From Antedon mediterranea (Eukaryota > Animalia > Echinodermata): a stretch of 64,000 nucleotides of DNA. This document shows, piece after piece, positions 1 through 13,261 of the stretch. The position numbers were made by a program, and so were the translations under genes. Below the pieces are notes generated by a model. The model was not told the origin of the DNA, ran no database searches, and saw only the letters and a program-made list of their open reading frames with translations. Position 1 is the first letter of the stretch, and each line of letters starts with the position of its first letter. The stretch spans positions 20,384,795 to 20,448,794 of the forward strand of contig NC_092670.1 of assembly GCF_964355755.1 (NCBI RefSeq), in the 5' to 3' direction.

Positions 1-3000
1 TCTAGGATGAACTAATTAAACCAAGTTATTGATTATAATGACAACAACATTGATAATGATCAGAACAGACGGGAAAAATACCTTTTGAAAAAGAGCATTT
101 GGTGCTGGCAAACATGGTTGTAACTGTAAGAGAAGGAAAATTGAACAACCTTTTTTTAAATGCTCTAATTTCTTGACCAATTATGTCTATTTTAATGGGC
201 AATATACAACAGTAAATACATTTGTGTTTAATTGCATACATTCTTCATAAATGTATGTGCAAATTATGTCAACTTTTAGTTCTAAAAAAAGAAATTGACA
301 TACTTTTCTTTGTAAAACATGCAAGTATGTTGAAAAAAAACTTTGTTGAAAGACATGTTTAATACCAAAAGTGTTGATGTTGTATCATAAAGACTATGTT
401 GATATGATATCCCTTTAGTTTTACATCGTATGTTTTGTCATATTGACTTCTAATTAACGGTGACTACACTATGCTGAAAGACTTTAGTTGTTCTTAAAGT
501 GTTACTGTTAACTAGACTAGTCCATTAAATCCATTTATCTGTTGTTTATTTGAGATTAATGGTGCATTGTCCTATCATGCCTAATAAACCATAAAGTACT
601 TATACTCTCAGTAGAATCACCTTAAACATATTGTTTATTCGTACTGACTCGGGTATAGTGCCCACCTTGAGGTGTAATGGTCCACTCTGGGAATGAGCCC
701 ATGCACGCTACATGTATGGCCACCTTAGGGTATTTTAAGCTAACACCAAAATTTGTAGTAATTTTGTATGTACAAAGATCTGTGTTGCCAACTGCATTTA
801 GTTCTTTTAGTATAAAGTCCGCACCTTCCTTGGTTATAAGTTAATCTCCTAAACATTACCAAAGGTGGAAATCTTATACCCAGGTCAGTATAAGCATGCA
901 AAAATAAGAACTGTACTTATTTCTCCATCGTATATGTAGATAAGATTAACAATATTTTACTGTAGTAAATTTTGTTATGATTTGTTTATTTATAATAAGA
1001 AATAACTGGTTAAGTAGTGTGTGAAAAATTACCTCCATTTCCTTGGCAAATATTGACAACTAATAGGCCTAACTAATAACTATTGTAAGCGTTTCCCATT
1101 TTAAAAAGACCAAATTGGCTACAGAGTGTTGAAAATAACAGTTATTTGTGTTTTAAAATGAGTTAAAAAAATGTGTTAACTTTTGCAACACGCACTAATA
1201 AGGCCTATTTTTCAAGAACAATAATTCAGAAATGCAGAATTATTATAACTCAATTCCTTCAGTGAGAATGTTTTCAACAAGGATCTATGGAAGTGGAGTT
1301 TTTCCGTAATCTTACATTCATTTGAACATAATGCCCTTAATTCAAATTTGTTTTTATTTCTATACCCCTACCCTGACAAAGCTTCTGGGCCCAAACCTAC
1401 CACTACCATTTATAATGTTTTATATCATGTACTTAAGATGTGTCCATTTTAATAAAGTAGTGGATACTAATATTTTGTTATAGAGAAAAAGGTATAATAG
1501 TAAAGTATTAGATATTTACAACAGCTTCGTAGAAAATGTATGAATAAATTGAGGAAGATATGTGGCTTGTTCCTATGAAACCTGGGAATAATTTATTTTG
1601 TGACACAAATCTGTCAGATATGTGGATTTTTAAATCCACATAGCTATTTAAAAATAGCTATTCTGGATGTTCTTGTATTTATGCAACTACCATGTTTTAA
1701 ATGTTCTTTATATGAATTTTAGTAATGTAAATGTTGTGTGTACTTTCATGATAATTTTCATATTTTTATTTTGTTAATGAATATAAACTTGGGATCTATT
1801 GCCACAGATTTGTTTTACTGTAGATGGTAAAGTGTGACTACAGTTTGTGTACAAAGATATGATAGACAGTGATTGTAAGGGTATTGTTGTAAGGTAGACA
1901 GTGATTGTAAGGGTCTTGTTGTACAAAATATATATAATGGTATGATATGACCCTGTCTGCTAAAGGTCACAGGTTTGAATCTTGGTAAAACTCTTTTCAT
2001 ACAACAAATTTGTATGATATTCTTTGTGTTTGATTACCATTTCTAGAAAAAATGGCTGACATTGTCCAGGTGTCATAGGAACATAACACATAATTGAAAG
2101 GAGGATTTTTAAATTGGACTCAGTTGTATATGTATTGCAGAAACTGTTGTTGCAAAGATAGATTAAGAATAGTAGTAATAATAATAATGCCCACGACCAA
2201 AGACATACAGATTTTAGTGTTATTTATTTCAGTCTGGTTTTATCATTACTTCTTTATTACCTCTGCAAAGGAGGCTATGATTTCAGTCCTGTTTGTTATC
2301 TGTTTATGTACAAGTATCTCACAAAAGGTTCTTCCTTGTGTTTTCATTTTGATGGACTGATCTGCCGTGTCTTTCAGAACTTTCCATTAGTTTCTCATCC
2401 GGATCGTATTGCTCTTATTCATTAATTATTAATAGTCCGTTTCAGTTTAGTTTTAAATTTGGCAGGTCCAGCATGTTGAAATAGGGGCACCGAGGGCCTA
2501 ACAATTGTGAAATAACGGGCTGAACGTAATCCTGCACTGCAATTTTGGATCTAATACATTTGATGCATTTTATAATACATTTTCTTAAGGCCAACGATGT
2601 ATAAAGTTCTCTCAACGACCTAAAAACTATGCCCGATGCTATATAAAGACAACTCGTCTCGTCAGTGCTGTCTCGAGTTGCAGCGCGACGAGACTCGTCG
2701 ACTCGTCGTATGATGCTGTCTGATTTGGCATTTAGGTTCCAATTTTTCAATTTGGAGTGAGGATGCCACCACCACTGCAATTTATGATGGCACTTAAACA
2801 CATCATATGTTAAAAAGATTGATCTGATATATATATGTTCAGTATATTCAGTGTTATCCATAGAGAAATAAATAATTCCTCCATGGTGATACAGTTTCAT
2901 GGAACCCAAGTGTGAACAAGCAATAAAACCATTTATACAATAATAATTCCTTGATGACAATGAATTATTTATATTCTAAACTTAGTGAAAGAATGCTTCA

Positions 3001-3459
3001 GATTATAACTTTCACTGTTGTCAGGGTGCTGCAACTGCCATGTTACATTAGTCAATGAACTTTGACCTTCCTCCCATGTGAATACTCTCTTACAGTTATG
3101 CCTAATTTAACATAGTTGAATAAAATATGTTTAAAAGCACTTGTTCCGTTATATTATGTGGCATTTCTTCATAAATATATTATATAAAGATTATAATATC
3201 ATGCATTTTTTTTCTTTAATAAAGAAATTATCAAGGTACTATGGAAAGTAAAGAGCCAATTAAATAACATCATAGCTTATGAATTTGCTAAGTCAATTTG
3301 TGACAAATAATAGTCTTGTTTGCTTTTTAAAGTTTATCAGGAGTTGCTCTATGTGTAATGAAGTATTTATGAAAGTTTTAACTTGCCATGGATAGGATGT
3401 TCCATGGCTCTATTTAAAAAAAAGTGGGTAAAAAAAAGTATGATTGTGGATTTCAATGC

Positions 3460-3805
3460 TAATATGTCCCTTAAAACTTATTCTCTGGAAAGTATGCCAT
3501 CTGTCAACTGTCCCTTTAAACTATCACTAGGAAATGATCAATCTGTCAACTGTAATTCTTTCCTCCAACTTTGTATCCTCTAAAAATGTGCCACCATATC
3601 TGCAAACTGTCCCTTTAAACATATCGTCTAGAAAGTGTGCCATATCTGCCAAATGTTCCTTTAAACTTATCCTATAGAAAGTATACCATATCTGCCAATT
3701 GTCCCTGTAAACTCATTGTATAGAAAGTATACCATATCTGTTAACTGTCCCATTAAACTTATCATCTAAAAAGTATGCCATCTGTTAACTGTCCCTTTAA
3801 ACTTT
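3460..3805. repeat. Degenerate minisatellite, ~42-45 bp unit (TAGAAAGTATGCCATCTGTCAACTGTCCCTTTAAACTTATC-like)
   Basis: About 7-8 imperfect tandem copies are visible. Confidence 0.75.
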
Positions 3806-4202
3806 AAACATCAAATGATATAGAGTAGCATCAAATAGCAATTGTTATTAATATTGGATTACAATATAAAAAAACTCATTAAAATTAACATTTGTAAAAT
3901 TCCATCTGCTATTGCATAATATGCATATAAAATGTCCAAGTTTCAAGAATGGGGGAATTTACAATTTGAAATACATTATGTATTCCAAAATTATGTAATT
4001 TATGGAACTACTTTTTGTTTTGTAAATAAGCATTATATTTTCAGTTTGAATTGCATGTATGCATGCATATATGTATTTTATCCCAGTAGTAGATTTTTGG
4101 CAAGATATATAATTATTTAAGTCATTAACATAAAATTAGCTAAAAATATTTTTTTTTACAATTTATTCTGACCAACCCACCATTTTTCTTTTGTTTGCTT
4201 AG

Positions 4203-4261
4203 GCAAGATAACAAGGCGAAATAACAACCAACATAGTGTACATCGTTTGTATATGCCATGA
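4203..4261 (+). other. Possible terminal exon of an upstream plus-strand gene
   Basis: Pyrimidine tract plus TTAG acceptor (TTTTCTTTTGTTTGCTTAG), followed by a short reading frame and UTR-like AT-rich sequence with AATAAA near 6032 and 6225. No recognisable protein. Confidence 0.15.
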
Positions 4262-5324
4262 TTATGTCATCTCCAGCTCAATGGTTGACATAGGTTACTA
4301 CATAATCCCTATATTTTAAACCTATATACCTATGACCTTTTCTCGACATTGTTACATTGTCAAAATCATGTACATTTTTTCATTTGTGAATGCAGTTCAA
4401 GTTTCATCTGCTAATTCCCAGACTTCTCTTGTAATTAAACATGCGAGTAAAACACAAACAAAAGGTTTACCGTGGTAACCAGAGGGTTAGAAAAATGAGA
4501 CGAGAATAATTACGATTTAACGTCAAATGGGTGATGTTGCCACGGAAACGATGTACACGCTTCCATAAGAACACCTGCTTCTAATGATTTTCTAGTACTA
4601 ACCATTTTGATATTTCTATCATTGTGTAAAATATAAATTGCACAAACAATGTTCATCTTAAATGCTATTTAATTTGTAATGAGCATTTATTTATTTCTTT
4701 AAAAAAAAATTACACACTAAGTTAAGAACACTATTTTACTAATGTGAAAAGATGTTCGATGTTTCAGTTTCTTCCCTTTCAATGTTTATTTCGTATATAT
4801 CTTTTCTTCTCATGTCACAAACATTATTTATTATTATTTAATTAATACTGTACAACTATTTCATTTTCGGTTTCATTTATTCATTTCTGCTTTCCTTTTG
4901 TAAACAAAAAATTTGTTTTAATATTTTATCAATGTAATTTCAAAGAGGATAATTTAAAATGCATAATTTTCAAATGTTTTTAGATCATGTTTCGTGTCAT
5001 CACTTCTATTGTAAATGATTTATAATATTAGGCTCTATCTACACTATCAAACTTTACGTTACGTTTACTGTAACGCAGGGGAAAAAACCCATCGGTAGTT
5101 GCATTGGACTGCTCATGCTCTGGAGCCCCTTGGTTTTAGCCAGTAAGCGCTTGTAGTGAATTTTTAGAGTTGGTTCCGAGCGTTCTCTGGCGTATTTAAT
5201 TCACGCGACGTACACTGACTGCCAAATGATTCCACACACAAAAATATATTCTACTATATCAACTTTTATTTCTTGTAACTCCATATTGATACAATACAAC
5301 TTTCTACCAGTCTAGACCTTTCTT

Positions 5325-5583
5325 CTCTATACTTCTTTCTACTATGATATTATTTTCTCTTCTTTATACTCTATACGTCTTTCTACTATCATATTATTTT
5401 CTCTTCTTTATACTCTATACGTCTTTCTACTATCATATTATTTTCTCTTCTTTATACTCTATACGTCTTTCTACTATCATATTATTTTCTCTTCTTTATA
5501 CTCTACACTTCTTTCTACTATCATATTATTTTCTCTTCTTTATACTCTATACGTCTTTCTACTATCATATTATTTTCTCTTTT
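5325..5583. repeat. 44-bp pyrimidine-rich minisatellite, ~5.5 copies
   Basis: Unit TCTTTCTACTATCATATTATTTTCTCTTCTTTATACTCTATACG with period 44. It explains the spurious ORF 5344-5619. Confidence 0.9.
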
Positions 5584-6371
5584 TCTTTAATATCTATAAC
5601 ATTTACTACTTATACTTGACATGCAAATTAGGGGCTTCTGAGGAGGATCAAATGTTGCCTCCAAAAGTTTCCAACCAAATTTATACTATTCTGATTGGCT
5701 CATAAATTAAGCAGACCTAGTCTGAAACATTCTTTATCTAACTACAGGAAATCAGAAAAATAATATTATGACAGCGCTCATAGCAGTTAGCCGCACAAGA
5801 CACTGTAAAAACTTTACATCATGTACACGGTATAGATTCAGAATGCATCTTTTGTGTAGTTGTCAGATTTTTATCTTCAGAAGGTGAAACACCAAAGTCA
5901 CGCCGCTAAGCTGATTCACACCATCTTGATTTTATAATGCTTTTTTCCTGTTCAAAGTATGATCCTTAAGGGAGTATTTGACACAGTTTTTACTCATAAT
6001 GTTGTACGGTTTTAAGACGCAAAGTTCTAATTACTGTAATTAAAAAATAATAAGTTGAATGCTATACTGTTTTCAAGGTCCAATTTATTGTAATAAAAAA
6101 TATCAGTACAGAATGTTTAAATATCCAATCGGTAATACTTGTATGTAATAGACCTACCAGTTTTTTAAAAAATACCTAGATGTTTATTTATTATTATTTA
6201 TTGTTTTGTTCTTTTCACTTTTTCAATAAAGAACTAAACAGTTTACATTATTTGTTTGTACATCATAATATATATGCCAGTTTCAACAATTGTCATCATT
6301 CATTAACTTATGTCCAAAGTACATTTATTATGCTATAAATAATTAGTAGTGAAGTTACAGCAAAGTACAAC

Positions 6372-6497
6372 CCATCAAACTTTATGTAACAAAAAAATAA
6401 GATATGCCCATATATGGACATGATGATGTCATATCATTACCATATTTGGCACATCACACTTTTTTGTCAACCTAGTTTGATAGTGTAGACAGAGTTT
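6372..6497. mobile_element. MITE copy (AGCTCTGTCTACACTATCAAAC-ended family, PIF/Harbinger-like)
   Basis: Same core (ATGATGATGTCATATCACTACCATATTTGG...TTTGATAGTGTAGACAGAG) as the copies at 8035, 8235, 8725, 9384 and 60783. Confidence 0.7.
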
Positions 6498-6768
6498 TAT
6501 AGTATTCGACTATCCTGAAGACTGAAATTAAATTTAATTTCACTCTTCCCGGCTTTAAGAAACTAAGTTAGATACTAAAGTGACAAATGAGCACACTTGA
6601 AATAACTATTTTTAATACCATAAATCAGCTTTCAGCCATTATCATTAATTGAGTAGTTTTTCTATTGCAGAAAAGAAGCTAGAAGAACTATTGTGTAAAT
6701 GTAACATGTAAAATTGAAAAAAGAGCTTTTCACAAATGTACTACAGTACTGTAAATAACTATGTATCT

Positions 6769-9700
6769 TTAATCAAAATAATTCTTCATTTCTTCAAACT
6801 CAAAGTCATATACTTCTGGTAGTCCAATGTGTGATACGTTAAACTGTGTTGTCCACTTAAATGGTGGGATTCCATGACTTCGTGTTGGGCCACTTATTGC
6901 ATAAGCAACAAAATTGTCTGCCATTTCCATATTGGTCACCTATACAAAAAATTGTATAATTATGACTCATAATACACAAGCATAATAAGGTGAATACAAG
7001 CATACTGCAAAAACCAGAAACTTTCGCGCACATTAAACTTTCGAGAATATCACAAGTGATTGGAATTCGTGAAAGTTTCATGCCTCGAATAATTTTCAGA
7101 ACGTATAGTATAGGCCTACTAATAGCTTATATATTTGCGTCTTTATAACATATAACAGTATTTACTTTATTTTTCAAATTCGCCAAAAGTTTTATTTCGC
7201 AACAACGGCCAATGTAACCAATTCGGAGAAGTTTCATGTCGCGGATGTTTTATGTCGTGGAAGTTTCATGTCGTAGAAGTTTCTCGTTTAACAGTAATAT
7301 CTATGGAGTACTAACATACTCCAGTAACTCCTTCTTTAATATAATTCATGGTAATCAAAAGTAATAAAATAAAATTATTGTTACCTTTGTATCATAGCAA
7401 CCACTTGGAGTTGGATTTGCCCTCAGGTCACCACGGCAACAAATCGTATTACATGAATCATTATCTGAATATTTATCTTCTTTGTAATCTAGTAAAAAAT
7501 AATGTATAAAATTAAATTTATTTTAAAAAATTAATATACAACAAAGGTGTATCCATATTGATAAAGTATCGTAGTAGGATTGTGATAGCAGCATATCAGT
7601 TACCCATGGGTAATATAGGTGTACTATGCAATCTTCATTGGTAATTATTTACCTTGGAGGTAGTAATATTATATAGATATATTACAAGATTTAAGAGCTT
7701 GTATGTTATAGATGAGATTTTAATTATATCTTTATTATGTCAGATTTCACAACGGAGGTCCCATTGAGGCTGTGAATTACATAATAATGAAGCTCCACTC
7801 AATTGTATCCATTTCTTACCATTGTATCTTAGTATTGCTTTAAATGACTCAATATCAACAACTGAACTCTGATCGCGTCTGAAAATCTTTGCCCTCGGTG
7901 CTAACTGGTACGAGTAAGATGTACCGCGTTCCTTCACGACCTCGGGATAGCCACTTAGTTTATAGATGTTCTCGTAGAATGGTACATTGTATGATGGCCA
8001 ATATCCTAAAGAAAAAAAATGTATTTGTTTCCTAAATATGGTAGTGATATGCCCAAATATGGTAGTGGTATGGTAGTGATATGACATTATCATGTACATA
8101 TATGGCCACATCATATTTTGTTTTCACATAAAATGTAATAGTGTAGACAGAGCTTAAGACTAGTTAAGTATACATGTAAGTTTTTGTTAATGAAGGATCA
8201 AACAAAAATTTGTTTAAAATTACCACAATTAAGTTTTGTCGACACTATCAAATTATTTTCACCAAAAATGTGTGATGTGCCCAAATATGGTGGTGATATA
8301 CCCAAATATGGTAGTGATATGACATCATCATGTACATATATGGGCACATCACTTTTTTTTGTCATATAAAGCTTTACCAACCAAACTACAAATACACTCA
8401 CCAGCTCTCAGTATTGCAGTCTGATCACCTGATTCCACAAGAGTTGGTATCTGCTCAACTACCCACAATGCACCATCATCTATCCGTGTTTTAGAAATCT
8501 TCTTTCTGTCTATTATCATGTATTGATTGTTGTAGGTTCCTTGAATAAAAACAATTCTTTTCATGTAAATGTGTTCATTTTCTAGCTCCAGTTTGCAAAA
8601 CCGAACTTGATAGAATTTTTTATCTGAGCATCATTACTTTTAATATACTTTGGTCTGGGCTTAAGTCGAACCCTTTATATAGTATCTTTATCCTGTGGGT
8701 GAAGCCTACAAATCTAAATCCCTGCCTACACTATCAAACTTTATGTGATGTGCTCCTCATATATGGGCATGATGATGTCATATTACTACCATATTTAAGC
8801 ATATCACTACCATATATAGGCACATCACACTTTTGTCAAACTAGTTTGATAGTTTAGACAGAGCTTAACATAAAAGTTACCAATAATGAATTACCTGAAT
8901 TGTACTTGCTAACAATATCAGCCCATTCTGAGCCGTTGTTGGCTAGCAGATGGGCCAGTCGGACTCTCTGCCATGCTAGTAATGATTCTGGCTTCACATG
9001 CGTGTATAGTTCTGAATTGAAGACGTTGTTCGTCGTTTGAAGCATCACCATCTTGCTCCCCAAGATGTAAAAATCATCCAAAGATTCCAGATAACCTGTA
9101 AATATAATTTTTAACATATTTGTATATTGGCATTGTTCGCTTTGCTGGTAAGATCATTCACAGACAGTCGATCGCTGATAGCTACCACACCGAATATTGT
9201 ACCATTCCCCATGAACTAGGAGCGTTTAAAGCAATGCATTCTGAGCATTTAGCAAGGGTCCTTATTAGGTAACTCTAGACTTTTGACAGAATGACATTTT
9301 TAATACACATAAATACAGTACTGTATTTCTATTTTTCCATTCATGGTTTCTGGTTAGTGTGAAATATTGCCTTTGATTTGCTAAAGCTCTGTCTACCCTA
9401 TCAAACTAGTTTAACAAAAAAAGTGTGATGTACCCAAATATGGTAGTGATATTCCCAAATATGGTAGTGATATGACATCATCATGTCCATATATGGGTGC
9501 ATCACATTTGTCACATAAAGTTTGATAGTGACTAGACAAAGCTTAAGTAGAATATTCAACTTTATTTTGATACTGAAAGATTAGTTTTTGATAATATGAT
9601 AATAATATAATAATGATAATAAAATGGAATAATACTTTACCAGGATAACTTGAAAATGATATTCTATTACTGGCAACCGTCTGCTGTAATTGCCAGACAT

Positions 9701-12047
9701 ACGTCTTATAGATTCTTAATGTAGCAGAATACATAAACCAACTAGAATGACCCATGAAAACATCCTCATAACCTGGCAACACCTGTAATTGTACCAATTT
9801 TATTATTTTAATATAAAGAACAAAATATGGAAATACAGTGTTTCATTGTTAAGAATACTGTATACAAGATTCAAAGACCATATACTGTGCTAGAATTGGT
9901 AAGGAATACAGTACCTTTACGAGAGCAGAGCAATGGCCACTCTTCACAATGAACTGACTAAACTCCTCGTCGGTCATCTTCCTCCAATCGGGAACACTAT
10001 CTGGCATCAAAACATGTTCTAGATCTATGACATCACCATTTCCATTCAAGATTTGGAAGTCAAATACATCTAACTAAAAATGAAGAATAACATTTATTAT
10101 TATTATTTTATAATAATATTTTAACACTTATAGGGATACATACATTTTGCATAAAAAAGGGATTCCTTCATTCTAGTTCCAGACGACGACCAACAACACA
10201 TTATACATAGCTCCTAAATCGAAAGCTCCCTAGCTTCCTGGAAATCAAAAGTTTCATCATTTGAGAATATAGGGATGAAATGTCGGTAATCAATTAAATT
10301 CACTTTTTGGATTTCCTGTCTCTTTCCCGACTCAAAATAACAAGAGGCAACCCATGATTCAATGTTTCGATCTTTATTTTATTTCGAGTCAGTTTTACAC
10401 TATGTTATTTAAACATAATTAGTGCATCTATTGGTTGCTGTGTCTTTGTTTCTCTGTATTATTATATGTATTTTTTTATGTTTCAATGACATGAATAAAT
10501 TAAATGAAATATATAGAATTTTACCTTTTCCTGATATGGAAATGTATTGTATCCTTCAATAAGACCATCATATTGGGCAGTGATTAAGCCGATACCTTTC
10601 CAGAATGGATCGTTCTTGTTTGCCTGAATCATATTTCTCATCCATTTATCCTGTTTGCTAAAAAAATCTTTTAGACGATCTCTGAAAACGTCAGGATTTT
10701 TTGTCGACGAGAAGACCCAATCATTTAAGTTAGCACTGTGTTGTTTGATATGCCTAAGAATAATTTACAATAAAAAAAAAAAATAATGAAATTGTTTTTC
10801 AAATTATATTATACTGTGCGACTAATTAGTTTGAAATTTTTAAAGAAAACTGTTGTTAAAACTGCATAGGTGAAGATTTTAAATAAAAAAAAAAAATCAC
10901 TGATTACCGTTTTACAACACTTACTTTGAAGTTAAAGCGCCCTCTAGAAAACCAGAAGCATACACAATTTCACTATCACTGTACTTCTTATTTGAGAACC
11001 CAGCTTTTATGTGTAGCTTACCCCAGCCTGTTGTACTTAGTGTGTCATTGTAAATACCGTAAGCTACACCATTCTTGTCTAATACACCACTTTTAAATGT
11101 GTATATACCGGAATCTACATACACAGTGCCTTTGGTTACCGTATCTCCTAAAAATGCACATTTTAAATAATTAAGTTTACTAAATAAGTATTAAAAATGG
11201 TTTTTTTAAATGGTATATACATAGGCCTAGCTAGGCCTCGTTAGGTAAGGAAAAGTGTATGTTATAATGTAATCAAAAGAAGGATTGTTGACCATGCAAT
11301 TATTTAGTTTATTTCAGTGGTGGACATTGTTGTAGGCCTAGTTAGGGTCTATTAAAGTCTTTACTCATTTATTATTTTATAAATAATGCCATTGAACATG
11401 CCAATAATAATAATAATTATAAATAAATGATAAAGACGCTAGTAAATTACCAACTGAACATTTTATTGCACTACAGGCTGTTTCATGAGTATGAACTCAA
11501 TCTTCAGGTGCTTGGCTCTGAATGATAGTCACAAGTGAATACAAAAAACTATAATGAAGTTGTAAGGCAAACTTTTTATGTGAACAATATGCTAATTAGC
11601 AAGTACAACACATCTCTATTTCTAGTATTACTATTAACTATTATAAATATAATTAATAATCAGAAAATATAGCCTCTAGGCCTATAACTATATATATATA
11701 TTATTTAATAAGAAAATAACAAAAATTATTTAGCTTAGCCAGCTCTCAGTTTAGGCTAGGACCTTGGCTAGCTAGGCTTACTAGGTATACTGTATTTAAA
11801 AGTTATGGCCTAAAGCCTGCCCTCACATATTGAGTCTCGTAGTTAGCTGCTGCCAGTGAGTGCTAAATAAGAGTGACCGTCCTGGACCTAGCCTAGCCTA
11901 GCTCTCCCTATTTAGGGCAAGTAATAAGATAAAATAGTAAAAGTACAGCCTTTTTGGACCTGACACCTTGATTTAACTAGCTAGGCTTTTATTACCTTGG
12001 CATTGAATTACAACTAACAATACAACAATCGCAAATAAAGGTGTCAT
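6769..12047 (-). CDS. PLBD1: Phospholipase B-like 1 (lysosomal Ntn-hydrolase), 10 coding exons
   Basis: Exons 12047-11996 (signal peptide [17 protein letters not shown]), 11147-10925, 10753-10525, 10073-9915, 9782-9641, 9095-8895, 8539-8402, 8005-7820, 7488-7385 and 6939-6769 (TAA). All are GT-AG with matching phases. Motifs [23 protein letters not shown] (N-terminal nucleophile Cys), [45 protein letters not shown] and GCYDTKVT match the PLBD1 rather than the PLBD2 pattern. Confidence 0.95.
7005..7294. mobile_element. Non-autonomous TA-flanked MITE in the last PLBD1 intron
   Basis: Imperfect inverted ends TA-CTGCAAAAACCAGAAACT / AGTTTCTCGTTTAACAG-TA, with internal GAAGTTTCATG repeats. Confidence 0.5.
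8035..8375. mobile_element. Two copies of the PIF/Harbinger-like MITE in a PLBD1 intron
   Basis: CCAAATATGGTAGTGATAT repeats and ATAGTGTAGACAGAGCTT end; copies at ~8035-8156 and ~8235-8375. Confidence 0.7.
8725..8866. mobile_element. PIF/Harbinger-like MITE copy
   Basis: CTACACTATCAAAC ... GTTTGATAGTTTAGACAGAGCT inverted ends. Confidence 0.75.
9384..9544. mobile_element. PIF/Harbinger-like MITE copy
   Basis: AAGCTCTGTCTACCCTATCAAAC ... GTTTGATAGTGACTAGACAAAGCTT, flanked by TAA-like trinucleotides. Confidence 0.75.
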
Positions 12048-12067
12048 TTTTTAATCTAGTTAGCCGT

Positions 12068-12169
12068 CGATACGTCAAAAGTTTTTCTCTCTGTAAAAAG
12101 TCACCTGATACACCACCACTCTGTCACGTGGTTTAGACTCCGCCAAATATTACAGAGGGCGCTCGACTA
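12068..12169 (-). promoter_or_regulatory. PLBD1 proximal promoter/5'UTR with CLEAR-like E-boxes (copy 1 of a 102-bp duplication)
   Basis: Starts 20 bp upstream of the ATG. Contains GTCACCTGAT, GTCACGTGGT and CAGAGGGCGC. Matches 48837-48938 at 100 of 102 positions. Confidence 0.6.
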
Positions 12170-12172
12170 TAT

Positions 12173-12904
12173 CAGAGCCCAGAGCCATATATAGAGTTAC
12201 GACATTGGATTATAGTCACGTGATATGCAGATCAATTTGTGTCAAACTTGTCACCGTTAATTCATGTAAAGTATAGGAGCAAGAAAATACTTTAAACTTA
12301 AGAATATTGCGCGCGCGTGCGCTAGTACATTATAAAGTTCGATTGATTGATTTTGGAACGAAACCCATAAGTACGTCCTATTAATAACAATTATGTAATA
12401 TTTTCAATTCATAATGCATGCTTTGGTGACTAAATAAAATAATAAAGTGTCGTGGATATATTTGTTAATATATTGAATAGGGTATGAACAATATTAAAAT
12501 AATAAAGGCAAATTATTACAAATGAAATAATGAACGAGTCTCTGAAAGTTTGTATTAAAAACACGCGGAGAGCATATACTATACTGTATAAAGAGAGGGG
12601 TGAATTTGTATTGGTTCATGCTTTGATGTATCCTAACTTCCATGTAGGCCCTAGCATTTTTTTTTTTTAACTATAAAAAATATATATAAATTTTAACAAA
12701 TCAATACCATTTATAAAATTAATTATTAAAATAAAAACGGAATGTAAGCGTTATTTCACGGACAACAAAATCTAAAAATAATGCATGGAAAACTACAGGA
12801 AATCGCTATATAAAAGAGACGTGCGCGCCCTCAGCGTGCGAATTCTTTGACACAAAAATGGCTTCTAATCTTCAATGTCGTAACTCTTTATGTATATGGC
12901 TATG
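12173..12904. mobile_element. Non-autonomous TIR element with CA(G/T)AG termini (P-superfamily-like)
   Basis: Left CAGAGCCATATATAGAGTTACGACATTG; right CAATGTCGTAACTCTTTATGTATATGGCTATG. Flanks GACTATAT / AGCTATAT are at best an imperfect 8-bp TSD. Confidence 0.7.
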
Positions 12905-12921
12905 AGCTATATTGTGTAGTC

Positions 12922-13022
12922 GTTTTTTCTTTTGTACTCTCTATAGTTCATTATGTCGGTCGGTCGGTCTGTCTGTATCACTATGCGTTTTAGCACGCGA
13001 CTTATGGCTGGTGGCCTTGTTT
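12922..13022 (+). mobile_element. Short DINE-1/HINE-like (non-autonomous Helentron) remnant
   Basis: CATTATGTCGGTCGGTCGGTCTGTCTGT (GTCY microsatellite), then GCACGCGACT, a GGC..GGCC hairpin and TTGTT. A related copy lies at 51537-51650 on the other strand. Confidence 0.55.
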
Positions 13023-13261
13023 GATAACTGAGAACTATCAGTGTGTATAATCCTCGTACATAATTGTTTCTTAGTTGTAATAAAGATCACATTATTATAA
13101 TATCTAGCATGTTATTATAATATATAAATTTATAGATATCAATACTAATATTTTTATTCAAAAAAAATTTCGATAAGTTTTTTAATAACACTGAAACAAC
13201 ATTCTTAATACTGTATAACAAATGATGTAGTACTATACTAAATCAATCTAATTGCATAGGA

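Noticed and set aside
2442-2960. 172-aa minus-strand ORF
   Set aside because: No recognisable motifs, a non-ATG start, and it overlaps a CG-rich repeat-like patch. Probably a chance ORF.
5344-5619. Hydrophobic 91-aa ORF resembling a membrane protein
   Set aside because: It is the translation of the 44-bp minisatellite.
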